Shown: piece after piece, positions 1 through 13,494 of the stretch | How the letters are laid out: each line of letters opens with the position of its first letter | Numbering within the stretch: position 1 is the stretch's first letter | Origin: Squalus acanthias | Lineage: Eukaryota | Reading direction: 5' to 3' | NCBI GenBank assembly: GCA_030390025.1 | Contig: CM059438.1 | Location: 69,132,001-69,196,000 of the forward strand | Length of the DNA: 64,000 nucleotides | Notes under the pieces: generated by a model | The model's input: the letters and a program-made list of their open reading frames with translations, nothing else | Databases searched by the model: none | What the model was told of the DNA's origin: nothing | Translations under genes and position numbers: made by a program

Positions 1-1194
1 TCGATGCTGCACCACCTCCAAGCTGTTGTCTCCTTGAAGAATGGCCAGCTCCAAGGCAAGGGCCTCCCCGAGGTTCTCGGATGAGGCGCTGGGTATGCTG
101 GTTGAGGGGGCGAGAGCTAGCAGGGAGGTGCTCTTCCCCTCATCTGGGAGGAAGAGGCCTCCCAAAGAAACCAAGGCTGTGTGGGTCCAGCTGGCAAGGG
201 ATATAACCTCCAGATCTGTGTGCAGATTGGGTGATTGTTTCTGTTTATTGATGAAATGCCATCCCTGTGGGAATGTATTAAAATTAGGTGATGGCAAACT
301 GTTGGCGTGATGGCATCTGTTATTTCGGCTCAGGCAGCTCCACATTGCGGGCTCCGTGACACTTGCATGGTCAGGTTGGTGGTCAGAGTGAAAGGAGGCC
401 AGAGAGTCATGTCCATTGTCTATCATGTGTTAAGAAGGAGCCAAGCACATGTGCCACAATGGGCAATCTATGCAAATCTGGCCAGGATGAGTGCATTCCT
501 TGCACGACGTGCTTCCATGCTCTGGCGCTTTCTGCCCTGTGCAGCATCAGGTGGGTTAGCAGGAGGTTGGGGCTCCTGTTACTGCTGAGCTGCCTGGTTC
601 TGCTGCTGCCGTGGCTGCTCCTCATCCGAATCTGAGGTCCATGGTGAAAGGAAATAAATGGTTCCCATGCCGCTGGCAGATACCTCCGTTGGGGAAGCGC
701 TCAGTCCAAGCGGGGAGAGAGTCTTCCAAGGAGGTCCCACAGTTGAGAGATAAAAGCTGCAGCACCTCCGACTTTGGTAGGCCTGCTAAAAGTGCTGAAA
801 GACCTTTGGAACAAAAGTTCTGCCACCTGCAACTGCTCCCTGATGAAAGCTTCATTTTAATGGTAGAGCTGCAGCTGTGAGGAGGCCACCCACTTGTCAA
901 CCTGCCAGATTAGCTGGCGTGGTTTAAGAGGGTCGTGCAACATGCTGAAAATGTGGTAAAATAACGAAGGCCTGTCAAAATAGGATTATAGAGGTCCTTA
1001 ACTACTCTTTAAGTATCTTAACTACCTCTCCCGACTGATGGAGGCGGGACCGAATCGCACCCATCAAACCCGCCTCTGGCAAAATTACACGGAGGCGGGT
1101 TGGAGGCGGGTTCCGAACCCGCCCTCACTTTTTGCCATTTTGCCAACTGTCCCGCCTCCAAACCCGCCTCCTCGGGACTGGGAAAATCGCCCCC
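1..1194. mobile_element. Internally deleted PIF/Harbinger DNA transposon (left end outside window) with convergent Myb-protein and transposase remnants
   Basis: Right end GGAAAATCGCCCCC at 1181-1194 with GC-rich subterminal CCCGCC/GGCGGG repeats. Myb/SANT-like start on + (41-). Minus strand carries an N-terminal-like MGTIYFLSPWTSDSDEE (~668) and a C-terminal-like ARRARNALILARFA* (~465). It abuts a LINE fragment at 1195. Confidence 0.7.
41..220 (+). pseudogene. Harbinger Myb/SANT-like DNA-binding protein, N-terminal fragment
   Basis: RASPRFSDEALGMLVEGARASREVLFPSSGRKRPPKETKAVWVQLARDITS matches the R-x-x-x-F-S...L-V...L-F...W pattern of Myb_DNA-bind_5/MSANTD domains. Confidence 0.72.
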
Positions 1195-1352
1195 TTCGTC
1201 TCCACAAGGACTGTGCAGTGGTCACTGCTACCAATACTGTCATGGACAGATGCATCTGCGTCAGGTAGATTGGTGAGGACGATGTCAAGTAGGTTTTTCC
1301 CTCGTGTTGGTTCTCTCACCACCTGTCGCAGGCCCAGACTGGCAGCTGTGTC
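1195..1352 (-). mobile_element. LINE endonuclease-region fragment (same family as 13880-16721)
   Basis: Near-identical to 15764-15922; encodes LLDIVLTN...IGSSDH, the APE endonuclease C-terminal motif. Confidence 0.85.
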
Positions 1353-3139
1353 CGCCTCCCCCACCACTCGACCTACCTGCTCCTCCACTGCACCCTTCTG
1401 CTGCCGGCTTTCCCACCCGACAGGCAGCCAGCCTGTCAATCGGTTTAGAGCAAGTCCTGCAGTTAAGACTGCAGGATGGTCGGGAAACCCATATTTCCGT
1501 GTTTCTCATCCGTAACTCCTGCCCACCTGCTCCGAATGCGTGGCTCAGTAAATATTGCTGCCTTTATCCCTGGCAATTCAGCCCTCCCTCCGTGCGGCCT
1601 AGATTATGTACTCAAGATGTGGAGTATAACAGCACACATTGTGTGTCATAAAGGATACTTGCAAATATTTTAATCCTGTAACAAAATGCAGTGTTTTGGC
1701 TTTTGACGTAAACTTTGAGCAGATGACAGTCACATAATACACATTGCAGCCTTTGTTCTTTGGCACATCTTGTCTAGAATGTGTCCATTTTTTAAAGCCA
1801 GTATTCGTTCTGAAGCTCAATGTGAGAAACCTGTGCATCCCTGAAGGACAGGAACGCGATTGGAAGATGGTGGCTGACTCGGAGAGACGTTGAAGCTAAT
1901 GAAAATGAACAGGTGTTATTATGATGAAACAGCTCTGAGGGTGATAAAGGGTCGCAGCAAAAAAAAAAGTAATTATCTGCCACTTTCTGTGCCAACAGTT
2001 GCCAACTTAAATCTATTTTAAACTGGGTAGATACAAGTTAGACAGCATTGACACGTTTTCATAAAAACACCAGCAGGCTCTACAAAAAATTCCATGCACA
2101 CTCAAAAGACCAGTGCAGCTTGTGATCACAAGATGAGAATGCTTTAAATGTTTGCCAGTCCTGGGAGTGACTATCTCCTTCAGACTACTAAGTTTAATAT
2201 TATGTGCCGATTGTGTGTTTCAGTTAAATCTTTTTACTGAACTTGTCCTCCTTTTAAACTGGACCAACCCAGGAATGTTTTGCTGGGTGAGAGCGAATAG
2301 TCTTCTGAATACTGTGTGATGTCTGCTGCTGGTGCTGCTACATGATTGGAGAGAATTTTTTTTGAGTCCGAAAGGGAGCGAGATATCTTTCTGTGCCCTG
2401 AAATTAGGCGTTTTGGAAAATTGGTGTGCAAATAGTTAACATGCTCATATAAAATACTTTTTTCAGCTAATTTAACGGATACATTTGCCTTCTTACCTTA
2501 AACTTGTTGGCACCTCTCTTAAAACAGCGGACAAAGGAATTTTGTATCAGCATTGTACACTAATATTTGTAGAGCCTGATTTGAGGATTGATACACTCTG
2601 TCATTAAACAATAGGAGGATACAGACTGCATTCTGATCTAAGACACAAAGACTGAAATTGTAGTCAATGTTTATATCCATAATATATTAAAAAAAAATCT
2701 TATGTTTGCATGTCCTTTGGGTCTGCAAAACCTTACTTCCTGTTGTCACATTTTTGTGTCAATTTTCTCTATTATTAATTCCTATGTTCATGGGAGACCC
2801 ACTGGTGTTAAACTGCAATTATTGCAGAGGTCAATAATGAAGGCTTGGGAGAAATTAATTTTCCAAAGATAATTTGAGCAGAGCTGCTCATTGCTGTAAA
2901 AAAAACTGCAGTCAATGTTTTGTCCGACCCGTTTCACAGCTGCTTGCTTGAGAACAAACAGCTAGATGTCTCCCAGAATCATGAAACAATTGGTTTACTG
3001 TTTTCAGGAACTAAAGTGTGCTATCTTGATGCCATAAAACACCTTGTAAACCATGCAGTATATCTATCGAATATGATGGCTTGGAACTGCTTGAAGGCTA
3101 AGGAGTTGGCAATAGCCGCGCCACTTAAGTTTAAGAGCG

Positions 3140-3270
3140 TTGGAAATGAATAGCAGGTCAGACGGCATCTGAAAGAAAAAGACAATTTTGTGTTTTGAGA
3201 TCTTGATGAAGAGTCGCACTCAGAATGGTTGACCTTTTTATTTCATATGCTGACTGATGCACTGTCGATC
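3140..3270 (+). mobile_element. Degenerate Penelope-derived palindromic repeat with hammerhead relic
   Basis: GCAGGTCAGACGGCATCTG...TTGATGAAGAGTCGCACTCAGAA...ATATGCTGACTGA: decayed inverted arms around a TGATGAA-stem core. Confidence 0.4.
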
Positions 3271-5123
3271 TTTTTTTATGTTACTTGTATTTTTCTTTTT
3301 ATTTCTGCAGCTGTGCTACTTGTTTGATTGTAACATTCCTGAGTGCCTCATGCCTGTGTCCAACCTCACCACCCTTTGCTATTGGATATTGCTTTGCGTC
3401 CGGAACCATGTACCTTAATTTTGCAAAAAAACTAAAGAGAATTAGTGCCAGCCTAAGTGGAATGACGTACAGTGCTCAGTGGAGACTATTGGATTAAGAA
3501 CTGTATCAGGCTCTGTGGGATTAGCTCGGGTAGTCTGCCACATCTCCTCCCTTCATTTTCTGTATTCACTGAAATTATGCGATTATCTTAGTCACAGTTA
3601 CTGATCAGCAATCCCAGATCAGTCTGTACATTAATCATGTTTCATTGTTTTGATATGACTGGAAGTGACTTTCTCCTGTTACTAAAAGTACAGATACTGT
3701 AAATTTGGCCTATGAAAGGGAATTTGGGTAATAATACCTTTTCAAATATAGCGGATTGTTACATGTAAGTTAATGCTTTGCTTTCTGTGACATGCTGCTG
3801 TTTTTGAAGGCCACTGGATGTGCTTTATATTTGTAATGAAGTGCTGTTTTTGTGTGCAGCCTTCAATAAGGTTAGAACTGTAAAATTGTCTCCCTCTGGC
3901 ACTTTAGGGTAACGTGGCAGAAGTACAAACAAAATTCAAGTGTCTTTTCCTAAGAAGGACTGACGAGCCTCTTTTCCTGTTTCTATGAAATGGCATCTAT
4001 ACATGACAGGATCATTGCATTAACTTCCACATCTGTAAAGTTGATTTGCTTTTCTGTATTTGCCAGTTAGGTCAAACCAGACCTGAGTCATAATAAAGTT
4101 TAGACCTTGGTTTTCTGGCCATTGCTCTGGCTGTTTAAGTTTAACGCTGCTACTTCTGCACCAAATGTGGAAACTACGAAATCGATTATCTACTATCCGT
4201 TCCCAAGAGGCAGTCCAATTCAACAGATGTACTGTACTGGCTGCTCCTGTGAGACAGTCAAATTCGACAGATCACACAAACTTCCCCTCATCTGTTGTCA
4301 TGGCGACAGCTAAATTACCGGATCACACTCACACTTTGAGACAGCAAGCAGTGACAAACGCAGGAAGAATGTCTACTGGCACCTGAATAAGCTTAGAACA
4401 AATGCACATCTCAAAATGCTGCCTTAAGTAGGAACACCGCACCATGTATTACAGTAATCTAACTTCTACAAAAAGGCAGACTAATGTCACACAGATATAA
4501 TGATCGTGCAATGCACCACATATGGAGCCTTTGGAAACACATCCAGCTGGAACAGTTTAGAATGTTGCTTCAAAAATTAAAATAAGGTTTAAAATCATTC
4601 TATAAGGTATGCACAGCACCAGAGGAGACCAGAAAAAGCTATCTGGTCGGTCCTAAGGTTTGAACATTTCTTTCTCTGCCATAGCAACATAGGAAACACA
4701 ATGGAGCCATCAAAGTTACAGCAAAATGCACACAACTTACATCTTGGTAATTTAGGGTAATCTACCAATTAGTTAAATATTGTATCCAGTGAAAAACTGC
4801 ATGAGGTATTATCTTTTGGACCTGTGATTTACAGCCAAGCTCACAAAAATATATTTATACCTATATTTGCTGAGCTTTTTTCAGTTGGAGGGGAAGCAAG
4901 GAGCTTTACTCATTCCAAGTCGCCCCATTATTCCTCTTTCTTTTCTCTCTTTTAATTGTACCACATAATGTTACATAGCACCAGAGGAGACCATAACAGT
5001 CCACCTGGCTGGGACCAGAGGAGACCATAAAAGCAAAGAACGGAAGTGTCTGATCTTTCCCAGGCATTGTTGAGAGATGCAATGGGTACACGAGTGACAT
5101 GGGGTGATTTGCCTTCCAGTTGT

Positions 5124-5427
5124 TCATAGGATCATAGATTTTATAGCATAGGCAGAGGCCATTCAGCGCATTAAGCCTATGCCAGCTCTCTGCAAGAGCT
5201 ATCCACTTAGTCAGAGTCTGCTACCCTTTCCCCAAACCCTTTTAATTATTTTGATTTTTCAAATACTTACCCACGTTGCTTTTAAAAGCTATTATGGATT
5301 CTGCTTCCACCAATGTTTCTGGTAGGGCATTCAAATTCCGAACAACACTCTACATATAAAAAAAAATTCTGGTAACGTCTTACTTCATCCTTTTGATGAT
5401 GATCTTAAATTTATGTCCTCTGGCAAT
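5124..5427 (-). mobile_element. Old CR1 3' end fragment
   Basis: CATAGGATCATAGA tail, GGCCATTCAGC motif and rc of the RT C-terminal/3'UTR region; degenerate. Confidence 0.6.
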
Positions 5428-5837
5428 GGTTCAGCCCCACTCCAGACACTTGAGCACAAAATCCAGACTGACACTCCAGTGCAGTACTGAGGGAGTGCTG
5501 CACTGCCTGAGATCCCGTCTTCCGGACGATCGTTAAACCGAGGCCCCGTTTTCTCTCTGAGGTAGACGTAAAAGATCCCATGGCACTATTTCGAAGAAGA
5601 GGAGTTATCCCTGGTGTCCTGGCCAATATTATGCCACAATCAACATCACTAAAGAAACAGAATATCTGGCCATTATCACATTGCTGTTTGTGGGAGTAGC
5701 TGTACACAAATTGGCTGCCGCTTTTCCTACATTATAACAGTGACTACAGTTCAAAAGTACTTCATTGGCTGTAAAGTACTTTGGGACATCCTGAGGTCGT
5801 GAAAGGTGCTACATAAATGCAAATCTTTCTTTCTTTC
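5428..5837 (+). mobile_element. tRNA-derived Deu-domain SINE (SacSINE1/AmnSINE1-like), 5'-truncated
   Basis: GCAGTACTGAGGGAGTGCTGCACTG...GTTAAACCGAGGCCCCGT...GTAAAAGATCCCATGGCACTATT core and L2-like tail ending (TTTC)n; four more copies in the window. Confidence 0.88.
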
Positions 5838-6632
5838 TATAGCCAGAAATATGTGCCCATTCTTTCCATGGCATAGCACCGTGCAGAGACAATGCAAGGT
5901 GCTGCTGTCTAAAGTTGATAAAACAACTCTTTTAGTGTAAACCAACCCTCAGGCAGTTATACATTTACCGTCTCTGAATTTGAAACGCCCTCCAAGTGAT
6001 GTATTTATGGCAAATTGAGCGTTGCTTATTGTTCACCATAGTTGTCTGCTCTGCTTTGATGCAGTCACCTGAAGATTTGTTAACACGTTGGAACAAGCAA
6101 TGGCAAGAATTGAACATAACTTCAATGGGAGATTGATTTAATGTGGGAATAATGACGGTGCAAGTTTCCATTGTTCAAAAATGTTATCTTCATGAAGTTC
6201 TTTCTAAAACTAATAATTCTGTGCGCTGTAATTGAAAAAGATTTCCTTCAACTTACTTTACCTTAGGATATTTTTTCTTATGCATTTTCTGCTGAATTAT
6301 TGACTCTGCTCCCTCCAGCACTCTCAGCATTCAATACCTCATTCCTATGCAAAGTTGTTACCGTTGATCAGCAGCAGGGCGTGCATAGCATCGGATTGAA
6401 TATGCCAGAAGAATCCAAATCTGGGAGAAAAGCATGAGGAAATGTAGCCCAGGCTTCCAATCATGGCCATATGTTCCTAACTAAATAGGTTTCTCTACTA
6501 CCATCACTACCCTATTTTGTTGCTTGGTTTTATACATCGGGTCATTGAGTACAAAGGAGAGATAATGCTAAATATACAAATTTATTTCATTTTTTAGGTG
6601 ATGCATCCATATGTGATGGCATCAGTTACATT

Positions 6633-7352
6633 GGCTCAGATTTTGCGGTCAGCGGTGAAGTGACGGCGCTCGCCACTGAACTCGCAGAAAGCTGCCGACA
6701 AACATTTAGCGGCCTCTGTGGTGACTGACATGAATCTTGTCATTCATGTGGAAATGACTTATGAAATAATACTGGGTGGCCTGCTGGTGGCGCTGTCCAG
6801 GGAGAGTATAAAAACTCGGGCATGGGCCCAGCTTGCTCAGGACATTCTTTAACAGGAACTAGTGAAGGACACAACTAGATCTCCATGTTGTAAAACAGTT
6901 GATTAAAGCTTTGTTTAATGCTTAGACCAAGTGCCTAGTAGTTTTCTTACATCAGTGACGATTTCACATTTTCCGAAATGACTTTCCATCTGACGCTATC
7001 TATAGGGGATCTGTGGCATCCAGCAACAGTGATGTCATCAAGCAGCCTAAGTAGCCAATCACATTGAAGAATTCTCACAGACAGCAAACCAAGAAGTAAA
7101 AAGCAGGTTTTATCATTCACTTTTTAACAAAATAACAGAAAGTGAAATAAAGATTGGGACATACACATGTGATTAAGGTAGGGTCCGAAATATCATTTTA
7201 AAAATAAAATAAAAATTAATTTCTATTATTTTAAAAGTCTATGGAATTTTTATCATGGAATGGAGGAAATTAGATTCCATAATATAAAATTAGTTTTTCA
7301 GGGCCAGTGAGGTTGTTCAGCAGTAATTATGACTTAGTATGCTGTTAAAAAC
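6633..7352. mobile_element. Non-autonomous DNA transposon fragment (MITE family C)
   Basis: Left end GGCTCAGATTTTGCGG resembles 60609 GGCCCGGATTTTGCGG; the 7260-7350 block is homologous to 53840-53960 and to the rc of 60920-61020. Confidence 0.6.
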
Positions 7353-7624
7353 CCATGATTCCGGGATAGCTGCAGGTCATTTGAACACCTGCCTACTTAA
7401 TTTGATTACGTCATGGACACTGAAAGAAAACAAGTGAAGTGTCAATCAATCGTGGATTGTATTTGTAGGAACCTATTGCTGACAAGTCACTGCCCAGTGG
7501 TATGGTTCAATGTTAAAGACGTTTAAAAGCTCAGCAGAAGTTAAAGTTGGTGAGAGAAACAGCTCCACCACGACTGTTCCAGCCTTGCCTTTTGCCTCCG
7601 GGCAGGGCTAGCTCACCTGGTATC

Positions 7625-7807
7625 TTCCTGACTGCTCGCTACCTCACACCTTCCTGACTACTCGCTACCTCACAGCTTCCTGACTGCTCACTACCTCACA
7701 GCTTCCTGACTGCTCGCTACCTCACAGTTCCTGACTGCTCACTACCTCACAGCTTCCTGACTGCTCGCTACCTCACAGTTCCTGACTGCTCACTACCTCA
7801 CAGCTTC
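7625..7807 (+). repeat. Minisatellite, ~25-26 bp unit x ~7
   Basis: Tandem CTTCCTGACTGCTC(G/A)CTACCTCACAG with no spacers. Confidence 0.95.
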
Positions 7808-8055
7808 ATGCCTCGATGCAGGCTTACAAATTGCCTGTGAAGCAGATGACCTGGCTACAAGCAGAAGCCATGCTACACTAAAACAGTGTCCATCCAAATA
7901 CTTGGAATCCTCCTGACAATCTTGATCCGACCATGCGTATATAACTTTCGTTATGGGCTTAGTCTAAGATAGACATTTAATTTCCAAAAGGTTATGCATT
8001 TTGGAAATTCAGGAGGTGTTGTTTTATTGTTATTAAAGCAACTCTAAATTGTGCA

Positions 8056-9892
8056 TTCTATAGGTATATAAAAAGGAAGAGGGTAGCTAAAGTAAACATT
8101 GGTCCCTTAGAGGATGAGACTGGGGAATTAATAATGGGGAACGGGGAAAATGGCAGAGACTCTGAACAAATATTTTGTATCTGTCTTCACGGTAGAAGAC
8201 ACTAACAACATCCCAATAATGGATAATCAAGGGGCCACAGAGAGGAGGGAACTAAAGACAATCACTATCACTAAGGAAATAGTACTTGGTAAAATAATGG
8301 GACTAAAAGATGACAAGTCCCCTGGACCAGATGGCCTGCATCCCAGGGTCTTAAAAGAAGTGGCTGCAGAGATAGTGGATGCATTGTTTGCAATATACCA
8401 AAATTCCCTGGCCTCTGGAGAGGTCCCAGCGGATTGGAAAACCGCTAATGTAACACCCCTATTTAAGAAAGGAGGGAGACAGAAAGCAGGAAACTATAGA
8501 CCAGTTAGCCTAACATCTGTCATTGGGAAAATGCTGGAGTCCTTCATTAAGGAAGCAGTAGCAGGGCATTTGGAAAATCATAATGCAGTCAAGAAGAGTT
8601 AGCATGGTTTTATGAAAGGGAAAGCATGTTTAACAAACTTGCTGGAGTTCTTTGAGGAGGTAATGAGTAGGGTGGACAAAGGTGAACCAGTGGCTGTGGT
8701 GTATTTGGATTTCCAGAAGGCATTTGATAAGGTGCCACATAAAAGATTACTGCATAAGATAAGAGCTCACGGAATTGGGGGTAATATATTAGCATGGATA
8801 GAGAATTGGCTAACTAACAGAAAGCAGAGAGTCGGGATAAATGGGTCATTTTCCGATTGGCAAACAGTAACTAGTGGGGTGCCACAGGGATCGGTGCTGG
8901 GGCCTCAACTATTTACAGTCTACCTTAATGACTTGAATGAAGGGACCGAGTGTAATGTATCCAAGTTTGCAGATGATACAAAGATGGGTGGGAAAGCAAG
9001 TTGTGCAGAGGACTCAAAGAACCTGCAAAGGGATATAGACAGGCTAAGTGAGTGGGCAGATAGAGTATAATGTGGGAAAGTGCGAGGTTATACACTTTGG
9101 CAGGAAAAATAAAAAAGCAAATTATTATTTAAATGGAGAGAGATTACAAAATCCTACAGTTCAGAGGGACCTGGGGGTCCTCGTGCATGAAACACAACAA
9201 GTTAGCATGCAGGTACAGCAAGTAATCAAAAAGACAAATGGAATGTTGGCCTTTATTTCAAAGGGGTTGGAGTATAAAAGCAGGGAAGTTCTGCTACAAC
9301 TGTACAAGGTATTGGTGAGACCACACCTTGAGTACTGCGTACAGTTTTGGTCTCCTTATTTAAGGAAGGATATACTTGCATTGGAGGCAGTTCAGAGACG
9401 ATTCACTAGGTTAATTCCAGAGATGAGGGGGTTGACTTATGAGGAAAGGTTGAGCAGGCTGGGCCTATACTCATTGGAATTTAGAAGAATGAGAGGTAAT
9501 CTTATTGAAACATATAAGATACTGAGGGGGCACGACAAGGTAGATGCAGAGAGGATGTTTCCCCTCGTGGGGAAATCTAGAACACGGGGGCACAATTTTA
9601 GAATAAAGGGTCACCCTTTTAGAACTGAGATGAGGAGGAATTTCTTCTCTCAGATGGTCGTATATCTGTGGAATTCTCTGTCCCAGAGAGCCGTGGAGGC
9701 TGGGTCATTAAATACATTTAAGGTGGAGATAGACAGATTTTTGCAAGATAAGGGAGTGAAGGGTTATGGGGAACGGGCGGGGAAGTGGCTTTGAGCGCAA
9801 GATCAGCCATGATCTTATTGAATGGCGGAGCAGGCTCGAGGGGCCAAGTGGCCTATTCCTGCTCCTATTTCTTATGTTTTTATGTTCTTATG
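8056..9892 (+). mobile_element. 5'-truncated CR1 LINE (ORF2 RT region plus 3' tail), disrupted
   Basis: [43 protein letters not shown] and [11 protein letters not shown] motifs split over three ORFs by a stop and frameshifts; (TTCTTATG)n tail. Confidence 0.97.
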
Positions 9893-10374
9893 CATAAACC
9901 CAAGATGTTGTTTAATTCTAACATCAATTTTTCTAGTGTATAATAAATTATTGTTTTCTTTATAAAGCCATAGTTTGTGCATGAAGTTTTGTTCGAAAAA
10001 AGAGCCCATTAAGTTAAATTTAAAATTAAACCTTGTGGAGATAAAAAGGCATTTCCCCAAATTAAAGTGTAAAATCACTTTGCACCTTTTTGCTCCTACC
10101 CCATTTACATACTGTCTGAGTCTTCCTGCCATTCTAAAATGTGTTCACAGAAGTTAGGAACTGTGTGCCAAAGATGACTTGATTCTCCTTGCTCTGTGAA
10201 GAGAGCAGATGGGATCTAATGAGTACATAAGTACATACGTTTGTCTGGGTATTATATTGTCATTGAATGAGCTATTGAACTGGTGCACAATGATTGTGTT
10301 TGAAAATCATAGAGTAAGTGATTAACATGGTACATGCCAGTTCACCTGCACACACGTCCAAGCTCCTCCACTCC

Positions 10375-11543
10375 TAGTACAACATTTATATAGTGCCTTT
10401 AACGTAGAAAAGATGCATAATCAGACAAAATTGGATGCTGAGCCAAAGAAGGAAATATTTGGAGGGGTGACCAAAAGCTCAGTAAAAGAGGTGGATTTTT
10501 AGGAGAGCCTTAAGGGAGGAGAAGGAGGTAGAGAGGCGAAGGTTCAGGCAGGAAATACTAGAGTGTGGGGTCTAGGCAGCTGATGATACAGCTGCCAATA
10601 GTGGTGAGGATGGAGGAGAGTTGCGCAAAAGGCCAGAGTCAGAAGAATGGAGCGCTTGGTGGGGTGGGGGGTCGAGGCGCTTATAGACATAGAGAGGGGT
10701 TGTGACCATGAAGGGACTTAAACATGAAGATGAAAATTTTAAATTTGAGGTGTTGGTGACCAGGAGCCAATGTAGGTTAGCAAAGATGAGTGGGATCTGG
10801 TACAGGATAGGTTATGGACAGCAGAGTTTTGGATGAGTTGAAGTTTACAGAAGATGGATTATGTGTGGTCAAGCCTTAGAATAGTTGAGTCTTGAGGTGA
10901 CAAATGCACGAATGAGGGATTCAACCGCAGATGGGCCGAGGTGAGTGGTGTTATGGAAATGGAAGTAGGCGGTCATTGTGATCGAGACGATATGGGACCA
11001 GAAGCTCAGCCTGGGGTCAAACAGGTTGTGAACAGTCTGGTTCAGTCTGAGACAATGACCAGGGAAGGGGATAGAATCAGTGGCATGGGTACAGAGTTTG
11101 TGGCAGAAGCCAACGATGATGAATCGAGTCTTCCCAACGTTTAACAGGAAAAAATTGTGGCTTGGGCAAGGCTGAACATTGGACAAGCATTCTAACCACA
11201 TAGACAGTAGAGAGGTAGAGCTGGGTGGCATCATCATCAGCATGCATCTGGAAGCGAACCCCATGTTTGCGGATGATATTACCAACAGGACTGCCTGTGG
11301 TTGAGGGAAGAGGAGGGGGCCAAGAACAGATCCTTGGGGGACTCGGAGCAACGATGTGGGATGGGAAGAGAAGCCATTGGTGGAGCTACTCTAGCTATGA
11401 TTGGTAAGAGCAGGAAATCCTGCTGAGCTGAACAATGAAGGAAAGGCATTGGAGGAGGATGGTGTGGTTGACCTTGTGAAAGGCCTGCAGAGAGGTTGAG
11501 GAGAAACAAACAAGGAAATTCACCTTGGTCACTATCACAGACT
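10375..11543 (-). mobile_element. L2-clade LINE, 3' part (degenerate)
   Basis: VPQGSVLGPLLF and AFVTSRLNY on the minus strand; L2-type tail near 10380; continues at 12382 after a MITE insertion. Confidence 0.85.
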
Positions 11544-11546
11544 ATA

Positions 11547-12381
11547 GGGCTGGATCTTGCCAGCACCGGGGAGGCAGGTTTGGAGGCGGGACTGCCGGGA
11601 AAATGGCAGAATCTGGGGGCGGGTGCCCATCCCGCCCCCAACCCACCTCCGTGCCATCTTCCCAGGAGGCGGGTAGCCGACCCGCGCCGGGTCCCGTCTC
11701 CTGGAGGCGGGATGGGGATTACAGCCACTTAACTGCCTGTTAACAGGTAGTTAACAGGCAGTTAAGAGGATTATTCCCATTTTTCCACCAGAGGCGTGGG
11801 CTTCCTGACGTCGGGAAACCCCTCCAGGGTCACCAAGGCGAGCAATGGTCGGAGGGGTGCAAACGTGCGCTGTGGCAGTGAGTGATGGGTGCAAGTGTGG
11901 AGCGGTGAGTATGTGAAGTGAATGGAAAGTGATAGAAAATGTTTACTTACCTTTGTTTCTTCCTGCAGGCTTCAACAGTTGGGGATGCGGAGAGTCTCGC
12001 ATCTCACCGGCAGAGATGACAGATGGCTGCTGCATTCTCCGATGCAACATCCATCTAATATCTGCTCAGAAAAGAGGTTTGATGAGTCTTGAGTACAAGG
12101 ACTCCATCAAACAACAGAGAATGTCAGTGTTTGACAGCTTCACAGAGCTGTCAAACGATGACAATTCATCAGTCAAAAATTTTTGACAGATGAATCGTCA
12201 TACACTGGCGTTCTCTGTAACCGGCTTCCCCTTAATTGGCCTGCTAAGCCTGCAGGGTGGGCTTAACAAAGTCCAGCCTCCATCGACTTGTGGCCAACCC
12301 ACACTATTTTCCCTTGATTGACCAAAACCCGACAAGCAGCAGTCCCGCCTTCAACGCGCCCCCATTGGCAAAATCACCCCC
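11547..12381 (+). mobile_element. MITE family B (Harbinger-type TIRs) with internal hairpin cassette, inserted in L2
   Basis: TIRs GGGCTGGATCTTGCCA / TGGCAAAATCACCCCC flanked by TATA on both sides; second copy at 57797-58691. Confidence 0.85.
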
Positions 12382-13200
12382 TATATGTCATTAGGACAGT
12401 TTTAGTGATGTGGCAGGGATGGAAACCTGATTGGAGAGATTCAAACATGACTTTGGAGAAAGGCTGGGCACAGATTTGGGAGGTGACAGCATTTTCAAGA
12501 AGAGGAAAGGGAAGTTGGAGATAGGACAGTACTTTGCAAGGACGCAGGGGCTGATGGTGAGCTTTCTGAGGAGGGGGTTGACGGCAATGGTTTTGAAAGT
12601 GAGGGATCTGTACCTGAGGAGAAGGACCATTTGGAATGTTAGCTAACATGAGGACCAGGAAGAGAAGATAAGTGGCCAGCAGTTGGGAATGGGCTCAAGG
12701 GAGCACAAGGCAGGTCTCATGGACAAGATGAGTTCACAGAGGGCATGAGGGGAGATAGGAGAGAAACTAGAGAAAGACACTGGTTCAGAGCTAGGACATG
12801 GAAGGCCTGGTTGGAAAAGAAATGTGTGGGGGGTGGGGGGGCGGGGAGGGTGCAAGCAGCAGATGATGATCCTGGTGTCGTTTTTGCAGAGGAGAGTGAG
12901 CCTGATAACACTTGTGTGGTCCAGGCAGATTTGGTGATGGATGGCTGAATTAGTTGTGTGCCAGATACATTCAAATCTACACCCCACAGACTTAAGAGAG
13001 TGAAGATGGGGGCCATACCAGAGGGATCAACTTGGATGGGAGTGAGTAAAGATTTACTGGTTACAATGGCAACAAAGGTGGACATCAGGGACTGGTCAAG
13101 CAGATGTATTGTGACGAATAGTGGCCCAAAGGCTAGACAGTTGGGATTTAGAAAGTGCAGTTTAAGTGACTTGGTGGGGATTTTTTCCCAGGACTAGACA
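12382..13200 (-). mobile_element. L2-clade LINE, upstream part (degenerate)
   Basis: FESLQSGFHPCHITKTVL (RT domain 1/2 region) and YCPISNFPFL on the minus strand. Confidence 0.75.
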
Positions 13201-13494
13201 CAGAAAAAAATGAGGTAGGAGGGTATGGGAGGTATGAGATACTTCCATAGTTCTCACATCATGTTTGGTTGAAAGTTTCTCATTGAACCATACTTTCCAC
13301 TCTTTGCCCTCCTATAAGGTGGGTATTATGACTTTAGATGTAAGATACCCAGTCAGTTAAAAATGTATTTTTTTTTTAATGGAGGGTACCCTTTCTTCAC
13401 CAGCATTCAAAATGAGCGATGCATTATCCTCACTTTTTTTTATTAATGGAGCAATGCCTTATGTTCAGAAATAATTAAGAATAGAAAAAACAAG

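Noticed and set aside
7625..7807. Possible CRISPR array
   Set aside because: Units are contiguous with no unique spacers, in a eukaryotic context; it is a minisatellite.
8056..9892. Active or domesticated reverse transcriptase
   Set aside because: 5'-truncated, with an in-frame stop at ~8600 and frameshifts.
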